From the IMG/VR virus record IMGVR_UViG_3300007511_001544, positions 1 through 64,000 of that record: a DNA stretch of 64,000 nt. One strand, given 5' to 3'. Positions within the stretch are counted from its first letter, which is position 1; each line of letters begins with the position of its first letter. A model generated the notes under the pieces. It worked only from the letters and a program-made list of their open reading frames with translations, was not told the origin of the DNA and searched no databases. This stretch comes from an uncultured virus (IMG/VR IMGVR_UViG_3300007511_001544). Taxonomy: Duplodnaviria > Heunggongvirae > Uroviricota > Caudoviricetes. Of this stretch, positions 1-7,668 are shown one piece after another. The translations under genes were made by a program, and so were the position numbers.

Positions 1-167
1 AAAATCGTACAGACCACAGTTGCGACAACCGAAGTCCAAACGACTGCTGAAAGGTAGTTGGTTTTTACTTTCTTGGCGGGTGGGGAGACATCAATAATCT
101 CAGGCTCGTACATAGAATTACGAGCGTCTTGTTCCATTTTTCTGTAGAAATCCCTTTCCCTACTCAT
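1..167 (-). CDS. Hypothetical protein, N-terminal part (runs off left edge); possible membrane protein
   Basis: Manual translation from ATG at 167 gives MSRERDFYRKMEQDARNSMYEPEIIDVSPPAKKVKNNYLSAVVWTSVVATVVCTI..., open to the window edge with a hydrophobic stretch at the end; preceded by the TATTTA-N4-ATG motif. Confidence 0.6.
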   Translation of the reverse strand, partial: MSRERDFYRKMEQDARNSMYEPEIIDVSPPAKKVKTNYLSAVVWTSVVATVVCTI

Positions 168-177
168 AAAGTAAATA
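168..177 (-). promoter_or_regulatory. Putative late promoter TATTTA, 4 nt before ATG
   Basis: Minus strand TATTTA-CTTT-ATG; same spacing at three other gene starts. Confidence 0.55.
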
Positions 178-191
178 GTTTGCGAAAGGGG

Positions 192-434
192 TTATTTCTT
201 TTTCTCGTCGTCCAGCGTTTTCTTGCTCTTTTTACTATCCGGCAAATGTTTCTCAATTCTAAAATTAAGTAATGGCTTGCCGTTGATGGTTGGTTGTCCG
301 AGTTCGTCAGTTCCGATTTCTTTTACGATTATTCTTTTGTTCTTGAATCTTCCGCCCAAAAGAACATCTCCAACTTTGATATCTAATTTCATTTCGTTTA
401 AATACTTCCGCCACTCTGTTAGTAGTTTTTTCAT
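192..434 (-). CDS. Small phage protein with shared N-terminal leader and SH3/KOW-like beta domain
   Basis: 80 aa; begins MKKLLTEWRKYLNE, followed by IKVGDVLLGGRFKNKRIIVKEIG; abuts the stop of the upstream gene. Confidence 0.75.
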   Translation of the reverse strand: MKKLLTEWRKYLNEMKLDIKVGDVLLGGRFKNKRIIVKEIGTDELGQPTINGKPLLNFRIEKHLPDSKKSKKTLDDEKKK

Positions 435-1028
435 TTACGGCACCTGATACTCTTTTGTATCAACAATATCTATTTGATCAGATTTAAACACGATATAGGA
501 ATCGCCACCACCCTCAAAGGTGTTTTCATATTTTATGGAATCAAATCCCAAGGAGGAAAACCATTCTATAAACTCTTCCATCTCTTCTACGGGCTGAAAT
601 GATAAATCTTTAATATTTTCCCCAGACGGAGAAGTCACCACATCATCATAATAATCATTCACCATCTCGTCTGGAATTGCTGGGTGGGGTTCGCCGCCAA
701 AGCCTTCAAACATAGCCTGTAATATTGAATTGACTGACCAAGTTCCTGACCTGTTTTCTGGTAACTCCATCGTCTTGCCGCTGTCTAAATTAACTGTGTA
801 GAGGTAAACGGAGTCACCGGAGTTTATTTTTCCGTCTTTTTGTAATTTATCAGCGACGGTCAGAGCCGTCTCTTTTGTCCCAAAGTGAAAACCAACATCC
901 GAAGATATGGCTGGGTCGGCGGCCATCTGCTGCTGGAACCTATCAAATTTGGCGGGCGAGAGGTGGTAGAATGTTCCACCTGTATTTTCTTTCAAAAACT
1001 TCCGCCACTCTGTTAGGAGTTTTTTCAT
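435..1028 (-). CDS. Leader-tagged ADP-ribosyltransferase-like protein (ART-PolyVal-like)
   Basis: Leader MKKLLTEWRKFLKE, then FYHLS..FDRF, GFHFGT, YTVNL, GFDSIKYEN..YIVFKSDQI, the pattern of phage polyvalent-protein ART domains. Confidence 0.6.
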   Translation of the reverse strand: MKKLLTEWRKFLKENTGGTFYHLSPAKFDRFQQQMAADPAISSDVGFHFGTKETALTVADKLQKDGKINSGDSVYLYTVNLDSGKTMELPENRSGTWSVNSILQAMFEGFGGEPHPAIPDEMVNDYYDDVVTSPSGENIKDLSFQPVEEMEEFIEWFSSLGFDSIKYENTFEGGGDSYIVFKSDQIDIVDTKEYQVP

Positions 1029-1846
1029 ATCCCTACAGCCTCTGGGTATTTTGTTTTAGCGAACGCAATATATTTATCACGCAGTTCATTGTAAAAGAAG
1101 TCTTTCAGTTCTTCTTCTGTGTATTTTACTCTATATTCGCCGGGAGTTTCTTTCTCGTCTTCGGCGTTTATCTTGTCTCGGCGGCGGCGGAACATATCAA
1201 AGAATTGCTTGATACGCATGTCCAACGCTTCTGTGTAGGGCACCTTGTAATACTTTGCTCTTTTGTAGACCTCTTTGGTGTAGGTGTCCGTTTCAGAGTC
1301 CGAAGCATAATATCCACGAATGCCATCTATTTTATTGTAGTCCCAATTAAGTGGATTGAGAGGTCCTTTGGGTGGGTGAGCGGTGCCCAATACATCAGTG
1401 GTTTGGCCGCCGTGCTGAATTTCGTGGATAGTGATTGCTTTGAGTTCGCCGAGGTAAGCGTTGAGGTCTTGCTCGTTAAATCCGATATCTAAGTAGCTGT
1501 TGATTTTTATGTAGTCGTCTCGGCGGTCAGAGGGGTCACTCATGTGCATTCCGCCTATTTGAAACTTGTCGCCTGTTTCTTCCGCTAGTTTTTTATCAAT
1601 ATGGAAAGTAAACTCTGCTTTGTACATTTTATCTTCAAGTTCTTTTGGGAGGGTTTTGCCTGCTGAAAATGTTTTACCAACAACAAGAATTAAATCCTTG
1701 CGTGAGTTCTGAACATTCTCACTGGGAATAACCTCGTCAATAATATATTTGACGTGAGGTATCACCTTGCGGGTCAATTCTGTTGTGGCTGCTTCGTACC
1801 TTCCCTCTTGGAGAAAGCCTCGCCACTGTTCCATAATCAACTTCAT
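1025..1846 (-). CDS. Leader-tagged zincin-like metallopeptidase
   Basis: Leader MKLIMEQWRGFLQE; HExxH motif HEIQH followed by YY..xxE (YYASDSE) as a plausible third-ligand helix. Confidence 0.6.
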   Translation of the reverse strand: MKLIMEQWRGFLQEGRYEAATTELTRKVIPHVKYIIDEVIPSENVQNSRKDLILVVGKTFSAGKTLPKELEDKMYKAEFTFHIDKKLAEETGDKFQIGGMHMSDPSDRRDDYIKINSYLDIGFNEQDLNAYLGELKAITIHEIQHGGQTTDVLGTAHPPKGPLNPLNWDYNKIDGIRGYYASDSETDTYTKEVYKRAKYYKVPYTEALDMRIKQFFDMFRRRRDKINAEDEKETPGEYRVKYTEEELKDFFYNELRDKYIAFAKTKYPEAVGI

Positions 1847-1847
1847 A

Positions 1848-2714
1848 TTACTTGTCTTTTGGGTTCCAGTTTACTTCGCCAGCTTTCATCGCCGCCATTT
1901 TTGCTGTCTCTTTTGATTTTCCTTTAGCTGCGGTCTGTGGCATGAGCCCACGTTCAGGTCCAGCAGCGGCCGCCACCTGAGTAGCAGCAAATAAAGACTC
2001 GGCGTTATCAGCAATTTTGTTAATAACCTCCTCTCGGGTCTTTACCTGATAATGGGGAGCCAGAACTGCCGCAAGCTCTTCTGAGACTACCTTGGGGTTA
2101 CTTAATATTTTTACAATTGCCTCTCGGTCCCCATTTGTTTGAAATATATCCGTAGCGGCATCGGCTGGAACAAGGGGAACTGCTTTATCTACCGCAGCGA
2201 TGGCCAAATGAGCTAGCTTCAAAACGCCTTTAGGGCTATCTAATTTTCCGCCAACTTGAAAGTTATAGACTGGGATGGTGGCATCAGGATTGATCAAATA
2301 TACCTGGGACCATCTGTGGTGACCATCTACTATATATTTTCCGTTTGCCGTAATAATTCGCCCACCTACATTGGCTGGCTTTACTGATCCTTTGGCGATG
2401 GCGGAGCCGCCTTGAGGCGCTTGAGTTGAAAGGTAACCAAGAGAATCCGCTAGTCCAATCTGGCTTTGAGTTGGCTGAAGGTCTTTCACGGGTATATCCG
2501 CCTCTTCTACTGCCACCACATCATCTTGTGCTGCTTGATCTTCAATGCCCATATTTAAGAATTCTTGAAATTTGGGATCTTTGATGCTGTTTGCCAATTT
2601 GCCAACAAACTCTTCATAAGGAGCATCAATTAAGTCTAATAAAACTTTTCTTTTACTTTTATCATACTCTGCCTCTTTCAAAAAATTTCGCCATTCTGTC
2701 ATTAATTTTTTCAT
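1848..2714 (-). CDS. Leader-tagged ParB/Srx-like domain protein
   Basis: Leader MKKLMTEWRNFLKE; IPVKDLQPTQ..I and YIVDGHHRW motifs of the ParB/sulfiredoxin fold. Confidence 0.7.
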   Translation of the reverse strand: MKKLMTEWRNFLKEAEYDKSKRKVLLDLIDAPYEEFVGKLANSIKDPKFQEFLNMGIEDQAAQDDVVAVEEADIPVKDLQPTQSQIGLADSLGYLSTQAPQGGSAIAKGSVKPANVGGRIITANGKYIVDGHHRWSQVYLINPDATIPVYNFQVGGKLDSPKGVLKLAHLAIAAVDKAVPLVPADAATDIFQTNGDREAIVKILSNPKVVSEELAAVLAPHYQVKTREEVINKIADNAESLFAATQVAAAAGPERGLMPQTAAKGKSKETAKMAAMKAGEVNWNPKDK

Positions 2715-3322
2715 CGTGATTGTACGGTGTAAGTTTTTTGCTCACCGCCTCCAAAATTATCTGTACGGAAATCATCTTTCCTCATTACTGTAATTACTTT
2801 TATGGTGTCCGGACCTTTTCGCATATCCAAAACGGCTATGACGTTGAGGGCTGGAACTTTACCTCTGCCCACCATACGAATATGGAAAGGCTCATCGTTC
2901 GCAAGTTCGCCGTTCGCAAAGTCTTGAATGATTTTGCCGATGGCCATCTCAATTGCTTGGATGATGGCTTGGTTGGAAATCTTTTCGTCGTGGCGGAACT
3001 GGCGTTCCTTGCTGTGTCGGGTTCCCTCAAGGTCAGTATCTTTAAGATTGATAATGACGTTGATGCCTTTGACTTTGGTACTGTAGGCTTGGTCTGCATT
3101 TATGTCAGACATTTTATCTTCTTTGATGGCTGCTCGTCCAACTGTAATAACGCTTGTTCTATCTCTCTTATCGGTTACTTCTACCTTATAAGACTCGCCA
3201 TCAAATGATAGGACTTTGCCTTTGTTGGCGGCAAATAATCCACGAGGAAGTTTTACTATTTTTCCTACTAGACTTTTGTCTTCATTCAGGTATTTCCGCC
3301 ACTGTTCCATTAATAGTTTCAT
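2711..3322 (-). CDS. Leader-tagged two-domain protein: KOW/SH3-like domain plus possible BECR/RelE-like RNase
   Basis: Leader MKLLMEQWRKYLNE; VGKIVKL..G..GKV..beta domain; C-terminal TRHSKER...ISNQAI...IKVITVMRK pattern resembles BECR-fold toxins. Confidence 0.45.
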   Translation of the reverse strand: MKLLMEQWRKYLNEDKSLVGKIVKLPRGLFAANKGKVLSFDGESYKVEVTDKRDRTSVITVGRAAIKEDKMSDINADQAYSTKVKGINVIINLKDTDLEGTRHSKERQFRHDEKISNQAIIQAIEMAIGKIIQDFANGELANDEPFHIRMVGRGKVPALNVIAVLDMRKGPDTIKVITVMRKDDFRTDNFGGGEQKTYTVQSR

Positions 3323-3331
3323 TAATGCTCC

Positions 3332-4279
3332 TCATGCCATCAAAGCAATCTTGAATAAATAGGCATCAGAATCAATAAACGGCGCTTTGTCTTTCCGCTC
3401 TTGGAATACATCTGGTGGCATTTCTCCAATATCTTTATAGCCTGACGTGTCCATCAATCGAACTTCTATATCATAAGCCAGCAAAGCCTTCACAAGTTTC
3501 ATGGCTTTTTTGTGTGCGTCGTTGTCTAACCCCAGCAGAACTGGTGTGTCGTTTTTTACGATCTTCCTGAAAAGTCTGCTGTCTTCTCGTAGGGTTGAGC
3601 CGAGGAGCGGGATGCTGTTCTCACCAGCAACGATAGCATCAAAGACGCCCTCAACCAGAGTGACCTCTCGTTCCCAATCAATCAACAGTTCGTTAAATAT
3701 AATGTCTTTGTTTCCGGGTCCGTTCAAATACGGAGGCCAAATGTTGGGGTCATATGTGCGGGATGTAAAAAAGTTACAATAACCGTCTTCGTCAAATGAT
3801 GGGAGGATTATTCTGTTTTTGTATTCGCCGGAAGCACAGTAGCCTATCTTCCAAAACAGAATGTCTTTCCCTACAACGTCACGTTTGCGGAGATAGTTTA
3901 GGGCTAATCTTGCAGTGGTCGAATGAGAGCGACCAGTTAGTGTTTGAAACTCATTTGGAAGGTCAATTCTCTGCGGAGAATCTTCTTCCTTGGCGAATAG
4001 GTTGTCTAGGTCGCCTAGCTCAACATCGGCGTCAAAGTCCTTCCATCTATGGATGTGACTTATATCCCCCCAGCGACGTACAAGTCGTCGTAAGTTTTTT
4101 GTTCGCCAATCACATGCCCAACATTTAGCCACATTTTTGTCAAAGTTGACTGATAGTTTTGGCTTATGATGTGAGCAACATCTGGATTCGTACAGATACT
4201 CCTTACCCTGACGAGATGGTCTTCCCAGGATCTCGTCAAGGATTTTCTTTTTCTTTACTGAGTTGGGATCACTAAACAA
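3332..4279 (-). CDS. DNA primase (DnaG-like, Zn finger plus TOPRIM)
   Basis: N-terminal C-x2-H/C-x2-C zinc finger (CCSHH...CWAC), YLRKR, IGY, RIILP, TOPRIM motifs VEGVFD and LDND, KDIGE. Confidence 0.85.
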   Translation of the reverse strand: MFSDPNSVKKKKILDEILGRPSRQGKEYLYESRCCSHHKPKLSVNFDKNVAKCWACDWRTKNLRRLVRRWGDISHIHRWKDFDADVELGDLDNLFAKEEDSPQRIDLPNEFQTLTGRSHSTTARLALNYLRKRDVVGKDILFWKIGYCASGEYKNRIILPSFDEDGYCNFFTSRTYDPNIWPPYLNGPGNKDIIFNELLIDWEREVTLVEGVFDAIVAGENSIPLLGSTLREDSRLFRKIVKNDTPVLLGLDNDAHKKAMKLVKALLAYDIEVRLMDTSGYKDIGEMPPDVFQERKDKAPFIDSDAYLFKIALMA

Positions 4280-4921
4280 TCAGAGTCCAAGTTCTTTGAG
4301 TTGTTCAATCGTTGCCGCAACATTGTCAGGGTCGTGCTTGATAGCGATGCCGCCACCCTCTCGGAACTCGTTGACGTACTTGTCTCGGTCGTCAATCAGA
4401 AGACCTTGTTTTCCGTTCCAGACTCCGTAGGGCTTCTTGCTGTCAGCCAAGTTGACTTTTTCCAGCGGAACACCCAGTTCCCGTTCAACCCACATCCGCT
4501 TGCCGACCTTAGAACCTTCAGCCATCGGGGCAGACAGAATCTCCAACCCTGGGATGTCTTTGATATAATCCCACAGTTCTTTGCCACCACGTTCCCAACC
4601 AAGGTTAGCCCACAACTCAACGTTGTCCTCTACCAGTCGGTACATGAAGTCTCGGATTCGCTTGTTGCGTCCAAGGCTTCCCTCTTGGTCAGAGCGGGCG
4701 ATGTGCCACCTGTTGATTTCTACGTCCCAGCCGCCAAGCTCTTTGGCTGCCGAGCGGGCAAGCTTGTAGAGCTTGTAATCAGGACTACCAGAGCCACGCA
4801 GGGCTTTGTACTCTTCCTGATTGCTCGCAATCTCTTGGAACTTTTCGTTCATATATTTTAGAACGCCGCCCTCAAAGTTGACGAGGACGCCATCCATATC
4901 ACTAAAGACTTGGTAACTCAT
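4280..4921 (-). CDS. HAD-family 5'(3')-deoxyribonucleotidase-like protein
   Basis: DMDGVLVNF motif I, ILSAP, GKRMW, LLIDDR motif IV. Start placed at ATG 4921 (MSYQ) because GGAGGTG precedes it; the ORF track start is 4939. Confidence 0.8.
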   Translation of the reverse strand: MSYQVFSDMDGVLVNFEGGVLKYMNEKFQEIASNQEEYKALRGSGSPDYKLYKLARSAAKELGGWDVEINRWHIARSDQEGSLGRNKRIRDFMYRLVEDNVELWANLGWERGGKELWDYIKDIPGLEILSAPMAEGSKVGKRMWVERELGVPLEKVNLADSKKPYGVWNGKQGLLIDDRDKYVNEFREGGGIAIKHDPDNVAATIEQLKELGL

Positions 4922-4940
4922 AGGAGCACCTCCCTCCATG

Positions 4941-4971
4941 AGTATAATACCATTTGTTTTTAAGAAGTCAA
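4941..4971 (-). promoter_or_regulatory. Sigma70-like (early/middle) promoter for the nucleotidase-primase genes
   Basis: TTGACT (4971-4966), 16 nt, then TATTAT preceded by TGG (extended -10-like), with an overlapping TATACT; followed by a strong SD. Confidence 0.65.
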
Positions 4972-4978
4972 GAAGTTT

Positions 4979-5164
4979 TTACTTCTTTTTTACGTCTGCC
5001 TTGCACATTTCTTCAGCTTCGGCTTTAGATAGTTTTGGCTTTCCTTTAAAGTTCTTGCGGGATTTGCCCGCTTGAGCACACGCCCATCGGCGTTGTTTTT
5101 CTGATTCTACTTCGTTAATAACTTCTTGTACCATTTGACGAAGCTGACTCATTGTAATCTTCAT
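4979..5164 (-). CDS. Small basic phage protein with amphipathic N-terminal leader
   Basis: 61 aa; MKITMSQLRQMVQEVINE, then SEKQRRWACAQ and a Lys-rich tail; preceded by TATTTA-N4-ATG. Confidence 0.7.
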   Translation of the reverse strand: MKITMSQLRQMVQEVINEVESEKQRRWACAQAGKSRKNFKGKPKLSKAEAEEMCKADVKKK

Positions 5165-5174
5165 ATAATAAATA
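5165..5174 (-). promoter_or_regulatory. Putative late promoter TATTTA, 4 nt before ATG
   Basis: Minus strand TATTTA-TTAT-ATG; no SD. Confidence 0.55.
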
Positions 5175-5179
5175 TGACA

Positions 5180-5749
5180 TCAATCAACTAAAACTATCTT
5201 TTCTGTTAAGAATCCCTTATTGTCTTTGTTCCGCAAAAGAAACTCACCAGCCCTGGCAATCACCACTGCATCCGCTCGATCATCGGTTCCCTTTTTGTAG
5301 TTTCTCCCGCCACGAGCCATCTCATACTTAAACGCTGTCTTCTCTTTCTCGATAACTGCTTCGATTACCATCTTTTTTCTTTTTGGTCCCTTTGTCCCTC
5401 TAGGAAAAGAAAGACCATAAAGAGAGCGGGCGGTATTGACATTGATGTAGGTGGGAGAAAAATCAAAACATTCGTAACAAATCCAAGAAATAATACCATT
5501 GAACTTGGCTAGCTTGATAATAGTGTCCGCACGAGACTTGCCGGGAAGAAACCTCTTCAAAGCTGTCTCGATAAAGACGTGCTCTATATTATATTCTGAC
5601 CGGAGAGAATAGAGTTCTGCTCCAATAAGCTCTGCCTTGTCGAAAGTTGTCTCGCATTTGGACAGATCCCAGTTCTCAGATTTTATCAGCTTAGGGTCCA
5701 AGACCGCACACCCAACCATGGTTGTTGATATGTCCAAACCTAAAATCAT
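5180..5749 (-). CDS. ruvC: RuvC-like Holliday junction resolvase
   Basis: MILGLDISTT..G (catalytic D), VFIE, LAKFNGII, DDRADA..IA C-terminal catalytic motif. Confidence 0.8.
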   Translation of the reverse strand: MILGLDISTTMVGCAVLDPKLIKSENWDLSKCETTFDKAELIGAELYSLRSEYNIEHVFIETALKRFLPGKSRADTIIKLAKFNGIISWICYECFDFSPTYINVNTARSLYGLSFPRGTKGPKRKKMVIEAVIEKEKTAFKYEMARGGRNYKKGTDDRADAVVIARAGEFLLRNKDNKGFLTEKIVLVD

Positions 5750-5760
5750 AATTTAGTTTA

Positions 5761-7656
5761 CTACAAATCAAGTTTAAGTTTAAGTGTATAGGAGTCTGTT
5801 TCTCTTTTCAAGACAGGGGTAGCTAATTTTGCTATTCCAAGAAGGTTTTTGTCTTTGTCATAAATTCCAACTTTACTAATGAAAGTTTGTTTCTGAAAAT
5901 TGCCTTCGTGGTTGCTGTAATCGCTCTTGACTGTGTTCTTGATTTTCATAAGGTGAGGCTCAATATAAGAAGAGCTATCGAAATGTATTTGTTCTTTCCA
6001 AGATGAATTAGAGGAAGATATCCATGTTGGGTTTTGTGAATTGTTTAGCGAACCGAAAGGCGCATTTGCAAACATAGTAATTGTTGGAACAATATTTTTT
6101 CCTCTAAAGGATAAAGAAAAATGGCTGGCGCTTGGGAAGTATCCATAGTTTGCATCTGTTCTAACTGCGCCGCCTGGGGAGTGGTCACCAGACCCGGTTG
6201 CAATTCCTTGGCTACCCGATGATCCTGTGAGATGAGACATGAAATAAGTCCAGTTAGCCTGAAACCCTTTGCCTGCACCGGCTGAACCTGTTCCTGTATA
6301 GGAATCAATAGCACCGCTATCGATGGTTCTCTCGTTGTATAATAATATAAACCCTTCGTCATAAAGAACAACCCCAACTGTTGACCCACTAACTGATGAC
6401 CCCGATTTAGTAGAGATAAGTTCTCCATTTCTTTTTTCGTCTTTTGCTTGATCCAGCAGAGATCCTGTATAATAGAATTTTAAATCAACACTACCCTTTT
6501 CAATTTGAGATCCATAAAATATGGCTGGAACGCTAATAAGATTAATAGCTCCCGTAAGATAAGGGGGAATTGTCGGGTCGGCTGTTTTACTCCCCGAAAA
6601 AGTAAACGCTGGACTTTGAATCCTATACTTGTCTATTATATTTCTTAGGGCGAGCACAGGTCTACTTTGACTAAAATATGTATCAGTTGAGTGGAACCCT
6701 GGGTCGGCAGGATCTGTAGCTCCTTTGTTGTTTGGAGCAAACTTCCTATAAGGCAGCACACGACCGCCGTAAATATAGTTTCTATCAATGCTCGATGTTA
6801 GAGGGTATGCTCCCGTTAAAAGTGTGCCGTAATCTGCTTCATTATAAGTTCCTGTTGCAATACTCTTAAAAGACGACATGTTGCCATCTTTCACAACATA
6901 TGTGTGAATACTATTTTTGGCTGCACCGCCGCCAAAACCGACAGAACTTGCGCTCAAAGTTAAGTGGCACCCACTGCTGCTGTTTGCAATTAAGATAGGG
7001 GTGTTGCCCAAAATTCCAGGGTTGGAAGGAACAGCGTTTTGCATTGTGTATTTGCCCCTGGACTGTGTTAGGCTTAAAACATTTCCGTTCCTATGTACAT
7101 CAATTGCAAGGTCTGGGATAAGCTGCCCGGCACCCACAGAGTAGTCGATGGCGGGGGCTCTTCTGGTTCCGTTAGCTAGCGAAATGGCGTTAAATACAGC
7201 AATGGCATGGTCCGCATCGGTAGAATATCCGCCTTGGCAGCCTATCTTATACCAGGCAATAGCCCCATATCCCTTGACAAAATTAGAAGATGATATTGTT
7301 TCGTCCCCAAGATATTTAGTTGGTTTGGCTGCGGTATAATTCTCATCATATTGAAAGATTACTTTGCGCCCACCTCCATCCTCTAATACAATAGTTCCAC
7401 TGAGCACGGAAGCTGCTGAAATATCTAACAGAGTCAATGACCCCGTGGCTGATCTGTTTTCATCGGCACCAGAGATAGGAGTGCGATCAATATTTAATTC
7501 ATTTAAATTTACAGTGCCGGTTACAAGATTGTTTGCGGTAGGTTTTCCGTTGTTAAAATACAGGCTTCCGCTATATCCGACAAACTCATACTGCGGAGCC
7601 GTCTCAAGGCGATTAATGAATATGTCGTCTGGACCAAACTCGTGGAGGAATGGCAT
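5761..7656 (-). CDS. Virion structural protein (baseplate/tail-collar-like C-terminus)
   Basis: C-terminal ISKVGIYDKDKNLLGIAKLATPVLK..LKLDL is paralogous to the 7669-8808 product; Ser/Gly/Thr-rich; in the baseplate module. Confidence 0.65.
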   Translation of the reverse strand: MPFLHEFGPDDIFINRLETAPQYEFVGYSGSLYFNNGKPTANNLVTGTVNLNELNIDRTPISGADENRSATGSLTLLDISAASVLSGTIVLEDGGGRKVIFQYDENYTAAKPTKYLGDETISSSNFVKGYGAIAWYKIGCQGGYSTDADHAIAVFNAISLANGTRRAPAIDYSVGAGQLIPDLAIDVHRNGNVLSLTQSRGKYTMQNAVPSNPGILGNTPILIANSSSGCHLTLSASSVGFGGGAAKNSIHTYVVKDGNMSSFKSIATGTYNEADYGTLLTGAYPLTSSIDRNYIYGGRVLPYRKFAPNNKGATDPADPGFHSTDTYFSQSRPVLALRNIIDKYRIQSPAFTFSGSKTADPTIPPYLTGAINLISVPAIFYGSQIEKGSVDLKFYYTGSLLDQAKDEKRNGELISTKSGSSVSGSTVGVVLYDEGFILLYNERTIDSGAIDSYTGTGSAGAGKGFQANWTYFMSHLTGSSGSQGIATGSGDHSPGGAVRTDANYGYFPSASHFSLSFRGKNIVPTITMFANAPFGSLNNSQNPTWISSSNSSWKEQIHFDSSSYIEPHLMKIKNTVKSDYSNHEGNFQKQTFISKVGIYDKDKNLLGIAKLATPVLKRETDSYTLKLKLDL

Positions 7657-7668
7657 TTTCCACCTCCA

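Larger units (their letters stand above)
393..3322 (-). repeat. Five dispersed copies of a 42-bp leader-coding repeat at gene starts (393-434, 987-1028, 1805-1846, 2673-2714, 3281-3322)
   Basis: 404-434 and 998-1028 are identical at 30 of 31 nt; the copies ending at 1846 and 3322 share CGCCACTGTTCCAT (+ strand); consensus peptide MK(K/L)(L/I)(L/M)(T/E)(E/Q)WRx(F/Y)LxE. Confidence 0.9.

Noticed and set aside
393..3322. Dispersed ~30-40 bp repeats as a CRISPR array or attC-type sites
   Set aside because: They are spaced about 0.6-0.9 kb apart, are in-frame protein-coding and non-palindromic, and no cas or integrase gene is present
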